Source of the DNA: Mantamonas sphyraenae STR306
Lineage: Eukaryota; Protista; CRuMs
Direction of reading: 5' to 3'
Length of the DNA stretch: 64,000 bases
Assembly: GCA_026936335.1 (NCBI GenBank)
Contig: JAPMXV010000067.1
Location: 1 to 64,000 of the forward strand
Shown here: positions 46,940 through 59,634 of the stretch, one piece after another
How the letters are laid out: each line of letters opens with the position of its first letter
Numbering within the stretch: the first letter of the stretch is position 1
Position numbers and translations under genes: made by a program
Notes under the pieces: model-generated
What the model saw: only the letters and a program-made list of their open reading frames with translations
What the model was told of the DNA's origin: nothing
Databases searched by the model: none

Positions 46940-49900
46940 TCCCAATCCCATCCCTCCGGCCAACATCAACTCCAGCTCCATGCGGTCTGCAAACCAGTGG
47001 TCCTGAATCAAGTCGTAGTCCGCCAACAAATCATACACCATTCCCGCACGACACTTGTCCTCGACAAAGCTCAGGTTGCACACCGTGCCCAGCACCGCCG
47101 ATCGCTTGTTGGCCAACACCTGATGGTACGGCAGCTCACGCAACGCCTTTGTTACCAGGCCATCATCCGTCGCCTCGTCGTCCGCCTCCTGTCCACGAGC
47201 ACGGCTTTCCTTCCACACCTGACCATAGTACCACGCCAGCCGCTCGTGAGCCAGCTCCGCCTGGCTGTCGAAGCGCAGGTATCGCGAAGCAGCAGCCTCC
47301 CTGCACGCCTCGTTCGCAAACGCAATCACAGGCTCGTCTTCGTTGTCGTCTGCCGGGCGAAGGAAGAACTCCACGTTGCCTGCCACACGAGACCACTTGG
47401 ACACTGGCAGCGTCGAGATCTTTGCTGGCATTGCGCTGCCCACACCGCCAAGCAGCCCACTGTCGGAATCGCCTCCACCACCAAACGAGCCCAACAGATC
47501 CAACAACTCGTCTTGACGCAAGCCGTACCGCGAGGTCGCCAGCAGCCCCAGGCTCAGCTCCAGCAGTGCACGTTCGTCCTCGCTCGTCTGCGCCTCGATG
47601 CGCGACAGAATCAGGTCGTGAAGGGGCAGCAGCGTGTTGGGCAGGTTGCGCACGTGCTCGCTCAGCTCTTCAAACACGCCAAACAGACGCAGTTCCTCAC
47701 ACGCCGCATGCAGGTACAGCGGCTTCCACGAGTCTGTCTTGCTCAACAACGTGCCCATCTGGTCGTTGAACGGATCCTCACTCAGCGTTTTGCGGTATTC
47801 GCCCAGCATCTGTCGCACAATGTCCTTGCGTGCCTCCATGCCCAGCGGGTTCATCACCAGCTCCTTCGGCACGGGCCTGCGCCTCCTCAGCGACTGCACC
47901 AACGCATTGTCCTCCGGAATCGACAGCTGTTGGCCCGCCTGCGCATACGCACTCATCGTACTCATGTCCTGCGTCTCAATCGACATCGTCATCACCACAC
48001 GCACCCGCTTCGGCAAATCACTCGGGATCCAATCAAAGGACAGTGCGCGCTGACGCGGATCCAGCGCGTTCACTTCGTCCAGCACAATCAGAATGCGGCT
48101 GTACTGCGCCGCCTTGTTCAGGATGTTCTCAAACACAAGCTTCAGATCCTGCAGCTGGTGCGGCACCTCCTCCTTCAGCTCAAACCGCTCACACAGCTCC
48201 AGGCACAGCCTACGCAACAGCTGTCGCACGTCTGCACTCCTTTGCGACGCTCCCACGTAGTGTTCCACACAAAACACAGCCCGGCCCTGCTTGCGAGTGC
48301 GCACGTGCTCCACCAGGTTCGCCACAATGGCACTCTTGCCCGCCCCGCTCGCAGACGCCACCAGCAGCGGACCCGACTCCTCGCCGTCCACAAAGCGCAC
48401 CAGCTTGTCCGTGACAAAGTAACTGCGTCCGTGCAGTTGGCCCAACCGCAGCGTCGCAAACTGGGTGTGCAGCGCACGTTCACGCTCCACCTCGCTCATC
48501 GGCGCCTGGTTGGCAGGAAACACACTGCTGATTGCCTGCCACAGGTCCTCCTGCACCATCTCTGCAAACTCGTCCAGATCCACAGCCATGCGCGTCTCCG
48601 CGTCGTATGTCGCCGTGTACGGACGCACCGGCAGCTTGCTGTCCATCACGCGCTGCTTCAACTGTGCCAGCTTCTCCCGGTTCGCCTCTTCCGCTTCCAC
48701 AAAGCGCGCACGCTCCTCCGTCGGCACCTGCTTCACAAACCGGTCGTCGCGCATGTAAAAGAACGCCAGGCAGTTGTTGGGCGATCGCAGCGCGCCGTGA
48801 AACATCTCCAGCTCCGTCACACTGCGACCCGCAGGATACGAACGCGCCCAATCGTACCTCGACTTGGGTGGCAGCCAGTACTCGTTGTACACGTGGCCGT
48901 AGCGTTCGCCCAGCAATCCCACAAAGAAGGGCCTGCAGTTGTCCACCTCATCCAAACAGATCTGCAAGCCTCGCCTGTGCCGCGTGTCTTCCTCCGTCAC
49001 TCCCCAGCGCAGATCCACCTCTGCCAGCTTGATGTGGATGTTGGCCTTGCGGCAGCGGCGTCGCAGCTCCGGAAACACGCGCTTCGCCAACACCTCACGC
49101 TCGCCAAACATGTCCAGAAACGTCGACGAGATAAACACACGTGCCACGCTGCGCTCGCCCGACTGAGCTGCACTCACCGCCTGTCGGAACGCACAGTCTC
49201 CCTCGTGCGTCGCCAGCTGGTGGAACGGCACCATCTGGTTGCAGAACGCGTGCGAACACTCCACCACTCGGTACTCGCATTCGTGGTCCATGTGTGCGTT
49301 CAGCGCACTCCTGTCAAACCCGCGAATCTCCAGCTGCACCTGGCACCCTTTGTTGCCACACGTCACCATCTTCACGTCCGAGCTGCTCAGAGTGGTGTAC
49401 GAAGAATACGACGACGACGACGACGACGACGACGCGCCCTGCACCTTGCGTGCACGCCCACGCGATCGCACTTTGCGGTTGTTGTTGGCCCGCTTCGGTT
49501 CCGGGGCCTTGGACACACGGTGCGGAATCTTCATCGTCTTGTCGATGTTGTTGATGTGGCTCAACACGTTTGTTTCCTTGCGCTGAGAGATGAAGCGCAG
49601 GATGGCATCGCTGTATCCTGTGAGAAAGACGTCGTCCGGGTGGCTCACAGCAACCTGTTCGCCGAACCAATTCTGCCCAGCCAGATCTGTGGCCGACATC
49701 ACCTCACCCGAGCGGCCCGCCATGTCGATGCTCACATACAGCAGATCCGGGTTCACCTCGGCACGGTAGCGTGTCAGGAACTGAGACAACGAGGCGTTGG
49801 GACTGTTCACAGAGTGGTTGCCCGGATTGCCGCCGGGTCCCCAGTGCTGGCTGTCCACCACAATGATGTTGTCCACGTGCACGCGGTCCCGGATCAGGTC

Positions 49901-52224
49901 CAGAAACATGTCCAGCGGAAACATGTGTGCGTACCCTCCAGCCAGGTCGTCCATGGCCGACATGCAACGTTCCATGTTGTGGAGGATGGTGCCCTCCTCC
50001 AGGTGCACGTGTTTGGTCTTGTAGTCGTTGCTGAACATCACAAAGTCGCAATCCTCACAGGCGTACTTGCACATCAGCGCCGTCAGCACAGCCACCTCTG
50101 CCACCTGCCGCTTGCCGCCCATTCCGCGTGCCGTCGAGCACGGCACACGCATCTCGTTGCTTCCGCTCACCAAAATCAGGGTCTTGCCTCGGATCGGCGA
50201 CACGTTGTGCGTCGTCGCAATCTTCACCGCAGTGTCCAACGCGTTGCGGTACCGCTTGAACAGCTGCTCCGTGGGAGGATTGGCCGGCGCCTTCATCTTC
50301 TTTTTCGGCCGTCCACCTGCACCTCGTCCCGCACCGCCTCCTCCACGTCCGCCTCCTCCACGTCCACGTCCGCGCCCACGCCCTGCGCCACGTCCTCGTC
50401 CCGCCCTTGCGCTGCTGCTGCTGCTGCTTCCGTTTTCTTTCTCCTCCAGATACTCCGCCCACTGCTTCTCCGCGTCGTCGATGGCTTCGTAGGCGGAAAA
50501 GAAGCGGAAAGGGAACTGCCGCGACGAAATGACTGCGCGTTCGTTCGACAGCTTGCGCAGCACCTGCGTGTGGTGCTTCTCCGAAATGCCCGTCAAGATC
50601 ATGTTGCGCAAGTTGCGCAGCATCGCCATAAATGGCAGCTTCTGATGGTCCAGCAGCTGCTCCCAGGCTGCTGCGTTGTTGCCCGTGGCTGCCAGCAGCG
50701 TCTCCCAGGTTTCGGGTACGGGCAGACGCATGCGCTTGCCCGCCAGCTCCGCGTCGTACTCTCCGGGCAGACGCGACCGCACAAACTCTTGCAGCGACGA
50801 AGGATACTTTTTGCCCAGGATGCCCATCACGTGGTCCACGGGCGCTTCGATGTGCAGCTGCCGCACCATCTGCTTGATTGTAAACGTGGGCACCGCCTCC
50901 TGTTCGCTCAGCGACTCGCCTGCGTTCAGCTTGGCCTTGCTGCGCTTGCGCTTCTTCTTGAACGCACGCTCCTTGTTGTACTTGCCCAGCTGGTAGGTGT
51001 CAAACTCGGCAAACTTGCGCGCCATCGCTTTGCGCAGCGACGCAGGCAGCGACACACGTGTGTTCAGATTCTTCAGCCTGTCTGCATCCACCGTGCGCAG
51101 CGCATACAGCGTGGGCACATCCAGCCAGTCCGAAGGCAGCCGGATGATGTGTTTGTAATACTTTTGAAGGTAAGGCTGTGTGCGCTCGTCGCACGACGCA
51201 AGCATGAGCAGGTAGTTTGCCGTCGATCGCACATTCAGCTCATGACGCGTAAACACGGCCAGTTTCAGCGAGAATTCCGGATCATATCCACTGATGGCAT
51301 CCACCAACGACCCAATCGTCTCCTTTGTGCGCGAGCTCTGGCTCGAGTAGTAGCGGGGCTCGTTGATCAGCGCCCCGGCAACCGTGTTCACAAGCGCCGT
51401 CTCTGCTCCTGCCAGATCAAACAACTCCCTGTGGATGGTTGCATCGCCTGCGCCTTTGGCCTTGTTCTGCTGCTTCTGTTGCTCCACGTTCTTCAGCGCA
51501 GCCTGCAGCGCCTCCGCCGAGCTCTGTTGTTGCCGTTCTTTCGTCCCTTTGTTGGTCAGCAAGTCAGACCAATCGTCGTCGTCGTCGTCGTCGCCCCACT
51601 TGCTGCTGTCCCATGCCAGCTCCTCCTGGCCAGCAGACGCCTTGGTCGTGGTTTCCTCATCAGAAGACAGCAGGTCAAACAGATCACCTATAAAATCCAT
51701 CGACTCAACCAAGGATTCCAGCGACAGACTAGGCTCCTCCTCTTTGGCATCCGCAGAGACGGAAACGGGCGTGGGGTCACCCACCCGTGCTGCCTGGTTG
51801 CCACTGGACGTGCGCTTGATCACCTTTTTCTTCACCACCTTTTTGGGACGCATTGGCGCTCCCGACCGGCCTTGTGTCTCGACGGGCTTCGACAGGGTGG
51901 CAGACGATGTGCTGGTCACTCCCATCGACATGCCCAGACTGCCCCAAATGCTGTCCGACGCGTTGGAGTACGCGGATTCCGAGGATTCGGTTCGTCCCAG
52001 GCCTTCGCTGCCCTTGGACTCGCTCGCGCCAACATCTTCGCTCATGTTTTCACTCCACAGACCTCCCATCAAAGCGCCCGAGTCGTCCGACGATGCATCG
52101 CTATCTGAAGACATGTCTTCGCTCTCCAGCGGCGTGGTTTTCGCGGTAGTTTGCGCAGGCCCCAAATCTTCGGCTGCCGAGAGGCCCACGTCACCCAAGC
52201 CTGCCACGCGCCCCGTCACACCGC

Positions 52225-52257
<33 letters not shown>

Positions 52258-52642
52258 GCTCTTTGTCCTTGTTGCTGCTGTTGCCTGCGCCGCTGCTCTC
52301 CTTCACCTTGCGGATTACACGCACCACTTTCTTCGGCGCATTTCGCGTTTGCGTCGATGTCGTTGATGCGCCCACGGTCCCCTTTTGCGGTCGGACTCCT
52401 ACGCCTCGGCCTGCTGCCTCCTTTGTGGCCTTGCTCTGGCTCTGGGCCCCGATGCCACTGCTTTCTCCTCCACGCTTGCTGGTTGCTTGCTGTGTATGCT
52501 GACCTCGCTGCACGCGCTTGATCACACGCTTGCGCACAGGCTTTCCACTGGCCGTCTTCTTCTCTGGTTGCTCCTCTTTCTTGCTGCTGCTCGTCGAGCT
52601 GCTGCTGCTGTTGCCAAGGAAATCGTCGAGAAGGTTGCTCAT
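43895..52642 (-). CDS. TEP1: Telomerase/vault-associated protein TEP1-like, ~2915 aa: TROVE, vWA-like, TRAF-type zinc finger, DUF4062, NACHT-like NTPase, WD40 repeats
   Basis: TROVE motifs DPEFSLKLAVFTRHELNVRSTAN, KFAEFDTYQLGKYN, PETWETLL, KLPFMAMLRNLRN, SRQFPFRFFSAY. DUF4062 motif RVFISSTFLDMFGERE…DLRWGVT…FVGLLGERYG. Walker A ASASGAGKS. Many WD40 repeats. Single exon. Confidence 0.93.
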
Positions 52643-52711
52643 TGGTGGAAAGGTGCTGGTGTTGCGTTGCCTTCTCAGGCGAGGCGGCGAACCAGCCACG
52701 ACAACTTGACG

Positions 52712-53979
52712 ATGGACGATCTGCGCGTGCCCGATTTCCACACAGAGTACTTTGACAAGGCCTTCTCTGCAGACTCGATGGACTGGTCGCAGCTGTGGCA
52801 GGTCGGCAATTCCACCTTTCGATGGGAGTATGGCGTGTCGCCCCTCACCAGCTGGCAGGTCATTGTCTCAACCTGGATTGTTTACCTCTCCTGCGTCTTT
52901 GTCGGCTACGTACGTTGTCTGCCCGCCTGGCGCACCGTTTCTACCATCCGTTTCTGACCCTCGATGCTCGTCCCCGTCCACACACACACACACACACACA
53001 GTGGATCATGACAAAGGTGCCCAAGGGCCTCGAGTTTGCCAAGTCGATCAAGCCCGCCCACAACCTGTTTCTGTGCCTTTGGTCCCTTGCCATGTGCGTG
53101 GGCATTGCCTACGAGTCCTTTTTCATCTACAGGGTACGTGTGTGTGCCTGCTGTGCGATGTCCCAACCCATTCCTGGCGCCTTTGCGCGTTCGCTGCTGA
53201 CACGGCCCCCTCTTGCTTCCCCGCGACAAACAGGACTTTGGCGCACGCCGTCTCTTTTGCACCAACGGCATCGAGGAGGCCACCGGTCCCATCTACTACT
53301 GGAGCTACCTCTACTACTTCTCCAAGTTCTACGAGCTGTTTGACACCGCCTTTATCATCGCCAACAAGGTGGGCTCTCTCCACCGCACAAAAAACTCTCC
53401 GCTGCGTCCACACCCGCCTGCTGACACACAGACGCCGCACACCACCCTGTCGCCATGTACATGCAGCGCAAGCCATCCTTCCTCCATGTCTACCACCATT
53501 CCATTGTCATCCTTATGGTCTGGAGCTGGATGGAGGGCCGAATGGGCTACCACATGTACGTGCCACCACCGCTGACATTCTCACTCACTGCCCAACCGAC
53601 AATCCTTGCCCAAAACACCACTCGCTCACCCTTCCGTCACACACACAATCATCACACACACAGCATCGGCGTGTTTGCCAACACCTTTGTGCACGTGATC
53701 ATGTACTACTACTACTTCCTCACCTCCCAGGGCATCTACCCGTGGTGGAAGAAGTACATCACCATGCTGCAGATTGTCCAGTTTATCAGCAGCTTTGTCC
53801 TCTCCATCCCGTACGTCTACTACCACCTCCACGGCGGTTGCGACGGCTTCTGGTCCTTCATCTACTCGGCCTGTGTCAACTTTTCCTTCCTCACCCTCTT
53901 TGTCAAGCTCTTCTTTGACAACGAGGCCAAAGCCAAGGCCAAGAAGCTGGCCGAGGCAGACGCCAAGAAGGACAAGTGA
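52712..53979 (+). CDS. Fatty acid elongase (ELO/GNS1/SUR4); join(52712..52909,53002..53133,53234..53368,53467..53555,53664..53979)
   Basis: Motifs HNLFLCLWS, SKFYELFDT, FLHVYHH (HxxHH), NTFVHVIMYYYY, KKYITMLQIVQF, and a di-lysine ER-retention-like tail KKDK. Four GT-AG introns splice in frame. Confidence 0.95.
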
Positions 53980-54102
53980 TGAAGTGAACAAACTGGGAAT
54001 ATGAAACAACTGTGTTGTTCATGCCAACCCACCACCACCATCATCATGTTGCACCACGTGGCTGTTCGTTCCCTGTCCATCTCCATGCACATCTCATCCA
54101 TC

Positions 54103-55446
54103 TCATTCCTCCAGCAGTCCGTCCAGCTCCCCCTCCTCGGCCATCTCCAGGATGATGTCGCAGCCGCCCACGAGCTCGCCATGTACATACAGCTGCGGGA
54201 ATGTCATCCAGTTCTTGTACGTCTTGATTTCTTGACGCAGCTCCGGGTCGCTGAGGATGTCGTAGCTGGAGTACTTGATGCCGGCTGCGTTGAGGGCGTT
54301 CACAGCCTTGTTGGAGAAACCGCACTGTGGATACTCCGGCGTGCCCTTCATCAGCAACACAGCATCCGACTGCGTCACCACTTTGTCGATGCGAGCTCGA
54401 ACGGCGTCTGTCAACGCCTGCTCGATGGTTGCACCCAGCTCCTCGCTTTCGTTCAGCTGCGCCACCACGTCTGCGCCACCCACCAGCTCGCCACCCACAT
54501 ACAGCTGCGGGAACGTGCCAAAGTTCTTGTACGTTTTGATCTCCGCCCGCATGTTGGGATCCTTGAGGATGTTGTAGGTGGAAAACGCCACTCCGTTGTC
54601 CTGCAAGATCTCCACCGTCTTGCGACTGAACTTGCACTCGGGCTTCTCTGCAGTGCCCTTCATCACAAGCACAATCTTGCCCGAGTTGACCACACGGTCG
54701 ATGCGAGCCTGCACCTTTTCTGCGCTCTCCTCCGCCTCCGGTTCGTTGTTGCCGCTGCTGCTTCCGCTTGTGCTTCCCCCGCTTCCGCCTCCACCTGCCC
54801 CTTCTTCCTTTGCCTTGGCCGCATACTCCTCCACCAGCTTGCTCAGATCCCGAGCCTTGGCTCCCATCACGCTGCCCAGTACCTGGTCCCGTCGCTTGCC
54901 TTCGGCCGACTGCAGCACCACAAACATCGGCACCTCCTCCACCTCGTACCGCTCCGCAATCTCCGGAACCTCCTCCGCCTCGATCTGTATGTGTCAACCA
55001 CCGCGCAACACCGTGGCCCGTGTGTGTGCCGTTTGTTCACAGGTGCCATCCGTTCGAATGTGTGTGTGAGTGTCTGTGTGGATGGAAAGGGTGGGTGCGG
55101 CCCGTCGCGGAACGTACATTCAAGAAAACCATCTCCGGGTGGTCTGTCGCCAGCGTGTCAAATACCACGTTCATCTGCTTGCACGGTACGCACCACGGTG
55201 CCCAAAAGTTGATAAACTGCAGCCAAGCAACAGCAAAGGGGGGGGGGTTGTGCACAGTGCGGGCGGTCCACGGGTGAGCATCAGATCTTCCGTCTCTTCT
55301 ACCAAAACCTCTCTCTCGCTCGAGATGCACGGAGCACACCACACACACGCCCTCCCTCTGCCTCCCATCGCACGTACCACATAAGAGCCGTCATGAGACT
55401 GCAGCAACTTGACATAGTCGCTCTCGTTGGTCACAGACAAGCTCAT
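54103..55446 (-). CDS. GLRX3: Multidomain monothiol glutaredoxin Grx3/PICOT (thioredoxin plus two Grx domains); complement(join(54103..54984,55118..55216,55378..55446))
   Basis: Trx domain FINFWAPWCVPCKQMN. Grx domains MKGTAEKPECKFS and MKGTPEYPQCGFS…WMTFPQLYVHGELVGGCDI. Two phase-0 GTACGT…CAG introns. Confidence 0.92.
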
Positions 55447-55563
55447 TTGCACGGGTTGCTGTGGCAGCTCCAGCGCCCGCAGCGGAAAGGCAGGCCATCC
55501 AACCACCCCCCAACCACCCCACTCTGCACCCGGCGCAGCACTCGTCACACATTCCCACCAGGC

Positions 55564-58500
55564 ATGGACGAGAGTGGAACCGAAGCGCCGGCGAGGAAGA
55601 GGTCGCCGCAGAGAGAGGAGGAGAAGGCAAAGGTGGCCGAGACGTCAGGCGACGTGGACGGGCAGACACACCGTTCAACACGTGGACGTACCATCCGAGC
55701 AAAGACAGACAAGGATATGCTTCGATGGACAGCGGTCACTCGGCCGGAAATGACGTCGTCAGCCAGCAAGCGGCCGCGCAAGAAAAAGGCGAGCAGCAAG
55801 CGCAAGTCGCCGCCCTCTCGCTCCAAGTCGGCGAGAGCGAGCCCGCAGACGTCGCTGGCCAGCCCACGCTCGGCACGCCTGGCCGCACGTGCTGCAGCAG
55901 ATGGACAGGCAGCAGCTGAGCTTTTGCAGTCGCCCAGCGAGCGAGGAGTGACCAGCAGTGGCGGCGCACAGCGACAAGGTTCGGGCGCGTCAGGTGGCAG
56001 CCAGCGCGACTCGCGCAAGCGCAAGGAGAGCGGACCACTGATGGTGGCGGGGTACACACTGCCGTATGCACCCTATGCGGAGGTGAACCCGTTGTACCCT
56101 GTGATTCCAGGCTCCACGCTGACGTATGCACACCTGGGAGCGCAGCAGTCAAATGCGTGGCACTTTCACCACTCGGTGTACCCACCACGCACTCACATGG
56201 CCCAAAAGGTGGCCCGTTGGCGCACAGATCGTCCTCCCGTCCCAGTATACTACACACGCAGCCACGCCTCCATGGCTGCCCTCCAGCACGACCTGCCGTT
56301 GCGTCCCACCTCCGCTCGCAAACGGCAACGCGTGTCCCACGATGCCCAGGACACGTCGGCCCCGTCCTCCATGGCCATGTTTACGCGTCGTGGGGTCTCC
56401 CTCGCATCCTTGGCCGACAACGACGATACGCAGGCGGCTGCGGCCGGCGAGACCGAGTCGGAGGTTGTCGCAGACGACTACGACGACGACGACGACGACG
56501 ACGACGACTTTGCCACCCTCAGCGACGACAGCGAGGCCACGTTGGAACCGGACGACCTGATTGCAGAACTGGATGCTGCGTTGGGAGTGGCACAGGACTC
56601 ACATCACACACTGGCGGACCAGGAGTTTGAACGAGAAGTGATGGACATCCGCTGGCGGTGGGTGTGGCTGAAGCGCAGCATGACACGCTTGCAGGAGCAA
56701 GAAGCAGACACAATTCAGACGGTGGAACGACTCAAGGAGGAGCTGGAAAACCCAACATCCACAGAAGATGTGGAAGGCACGGCATCCAAACATGACAGCA
56801 GCGCAAACATGGAACCCAAACCGCGATACAAGCCACGCAAGGTGCTGGAGGTGGACAACATGCTACGTGGGGTGGAGGCACGCCATCCGGTCCTATACCA
56901 TCCGTACCTTGCAGATCTGCGCGCCAGACGGCGAGTGGACCGCAGGAAGCAGCGGGAGGAGCAGGAACACGCACACAAGGAGGCGCTGAAAGAACGGACA
57001 AAGGCAATGGCACAACTGGACAAGAAGCGCAAGCAGGAGGAGATTCACAGGAGACAGGCAGGCGAAGCAAGGCGAAGAGAGCTCAAGCGGTTGGAGAACG
57101 CACGCAAGGCGGAAGAACGACTGCTGTCCAAGCGCAAGCGTCTGCAAGAGGTGCTGGAGAAGCAAAAGAACAAGCAGGGTGTGAAAAAGTGCTACTCACG
57201 CATCCTGCGCCTGCTGGACGACAAGAGGCGGCAGCTGCGTCAGTTGCTCAAGACTCTCAGGGCACAGGAGGCGGATGAAGAAGCCAAGGCAAAGGCAGCG
57301 ATGGAGATGGAGGTGGAGACAAAGACAGCTGGAGATGAAGCATCGGGTGCATCGGCAGTGGCAGTGGAAGACACAGCCAAGGCTACGGCTGAAGCAGAGG
57401 CAAAGTCGGAGCCCGAGGTGCAGGTGGAGGTGGTGATGGGAGCAGGATCAAGTGCAGGAGCAGGTGAGGCCAGCAGCAGCACGCCTACACCAGCAGTCAA
57501 GACAACCAAGGCCAGCAGCAAAGCCAACGGAGGCGGTGAAGGGGTCACCGCCGACAAGGTGAAAAAGGTGTTGGACGAGTTGAACAGGCTGCGGAAGCGG
57601 ATCGTGCGATCGTACGACAACAAGACGCAGGACAGGCGGAACAAGCAGTCGAGGCTGCGGGAGCGTGCATTGCGCAAGGAAAAGCAGGCGGAGCGTGTGC
57701 GCAAGCGTGCGGCACGTCTTAAGAAGGATCAGAGGCGCACTCTTGTGTTCAAACGGGTCGGATACGACGAAGCGATGGAACAGGAGGCATTGCTGTCGCC
57801 CACGGGCCGACGTTCTATTGCAGCAGGGTCTGCGATGCGAGCGGCGCTGAGTTCGGGTCCGCTGAGCCGTTCGTCGTCGCTCAACTCGCTGCCCAGTTTT
57901 GATTCGCAGGGATCGGCACAGAAACAGAAAAAGACACCCAAGCATGGGTTGATCCACTCGGGCATTCGACAGAAGGGTCGCGGACGCACCTCGGCCGACT
58001 TTGACATCAACAACATTGTGATTCCCAACCAGCAGTCGGAGGAGCGAGACATTCCGCTGGTGCAAGTGCGCGACATCCACACGCCCACCTGGCGCGAGCT
58101 GGGAGACACGACAGAGCCCACCGGTGGCAGTGGCACCACCACATCGAACACCTCAACCACATCGGCATCCATGGATGTGGACAGCGAACCGGAGCTGGAC
58201 GACCGCGACTACTTTGAGTTGCACTCGAAGCGCGAGGTGCAGGAGCGTTTGCGATACGAGACGCCGCTGCAGCTGGGCTCGTCCTCCGCCTCCTCTTCCT
58301 CCTCTTCTCGAAAGCACAAGAAGCGCAAGGACGGAAGTGAGGAAGGAGGCGAGCGACGAGGAAGGGCACAGACGGGGTTGCAACTGCTCCCGGATGTGGC
58401 AGACGACGAGGTACAGGCCAAGCGCAAGGAACTGGGTCTGCCCGACTACCAGGAGCCAGGAGGGTACGGAGAACGGCAGGTGAGCATTGCAGATGGATAC

Positions 58501-58768
58501 GTGGGCGACGTGCGTCCATTTATGCTTGAGCTGCCTCCCATGCCGCGACAGCGGGCAAAGTATGCGTGGCAGACAGACTTTCCCACCAACTGCGCCAAGC
58601 TGGTGGTCAGCAGCAGGATTGTGCCGTCGAAACTGCTCATGCGCAACAAAGTGCGCATGTACACAAGTCAGGAGGCAGCCACAGCAAGCCAGGAGGACGG
58701 AATGGTGGTGGAGGGGGAAGCTCAGCAGTCCACCCCAGGAACGCCCCCAGGACAGATGCTGTCCGGCA

Positions 58769-58808
<40 letters not shown>

Positions 58809-59291
58809 GAAGAAGAAGGATGGAAAGATGGTGGAGGGTGCCACGATGGAGATGCTGGGTACGCACGAGGTGGACGTCCACGGTGATCCTGTGAAGGAGG
58901 AGGCACTATTGAATCCTGCCAATGCACCTGAGGAGGACGACAAGGTGCACCTGCTGTACGATGCGGCCATGAACGTGTACCTGGACTGCCAGGTGATCCA
59001 AACGGACGTGGTGAACAGCGATGGCGAAGAGAGCAGCGACGGCGACGACGACGCAGACGTGTTTGCAGAGTCGGACGACGAACTGTCGGATTCGGACGAA
59101 GAGGAGGACATTGTGCGTGTGGAAAAGGGCGACCTGGCCAAGTTGGACGATGCAGTCAAAAAGTTGGCGGCGTGGCGACGCCAAGCTCCAAGCACACCCA
59201 CCGCCAGCGCTGGCACTCCCAGCAAGAGTGCATCCAAAAAGGCATCGTCGTCGAAAGTGGTAGCCAAGTCACCTGCGGTGGTTGCCGAGAT

Positions 59292-59341
<50 letters not shown>

Positions 59342-59616
59342 CACCCACGAAGAAGCCAACAACATCAAAGGCGACGACGACGGAGCAAACAAACAAGAAG
59401 ACAACAGGTGCAACAGCCACCACCACCACCACCACCACCACCACCACCACCACCACCACCACCACGGTCGTGGCAATGCCGTCATTAACGACAACGACAC
59501 CGACAACGACACCGACACCGACAACGACAACGACAACCACGAGGACGGATGTCACCAGTGGACACAGCAGCAGGAAGGATGACGATGATGAGAATGCGAT
59601 GGACACAGAGGCATGA
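55564..59616 (+). CDS. KANSL1/NSL1-like PEHE-domain protein (MOF acetyltransferase complex scaffold-like), ~1350 aa
   Basis: FDINNIVIP…RDIHTPTWREL…LDDRDYFELHSKREVQERLRY matches the PEHE region of KANSL1/MSL1 proteins. An upstream acidic stretch plus RWRWVWLKRSMTRLQ resembles KANSL1 RWNWLQ. Long coiled-coil and low-complexity tracts. Confidence 0.75.
59296..59463 (+). repeat. Coding microsatellites (AGC)15 at 59296-59340 and (ACC)15 at 59419-59463
   Basis: Perfect trinucleotide runs encoding poly-Ser and poly-Thr. Similar runs occur at about 46907-46938, 52227-52256, 56480-56508 and 58775-58806. Confidence 0.9.
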
Positions 59617-59634
59617 AACCCGGATTTTGCCGAT

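Noticed and set aside
45431-52108. 2225-aa + strand ORF, and similar long ORFs at 4083..5855, 19736..22345, 29166..32087, 29449..32883 and 37676..40324
   Set aside because: These are antisense or off-frame shadows of real genes. GC-rich biased codon usage suppresses stops, and the translations have no recognisable motifs.
43895-52642. Functional link between TEP1 and its location near a telomere
   Set aside because: It lies 44-53 kb inside among unrelated housekeeping genes. Chromosomal position gives no evidence of function.
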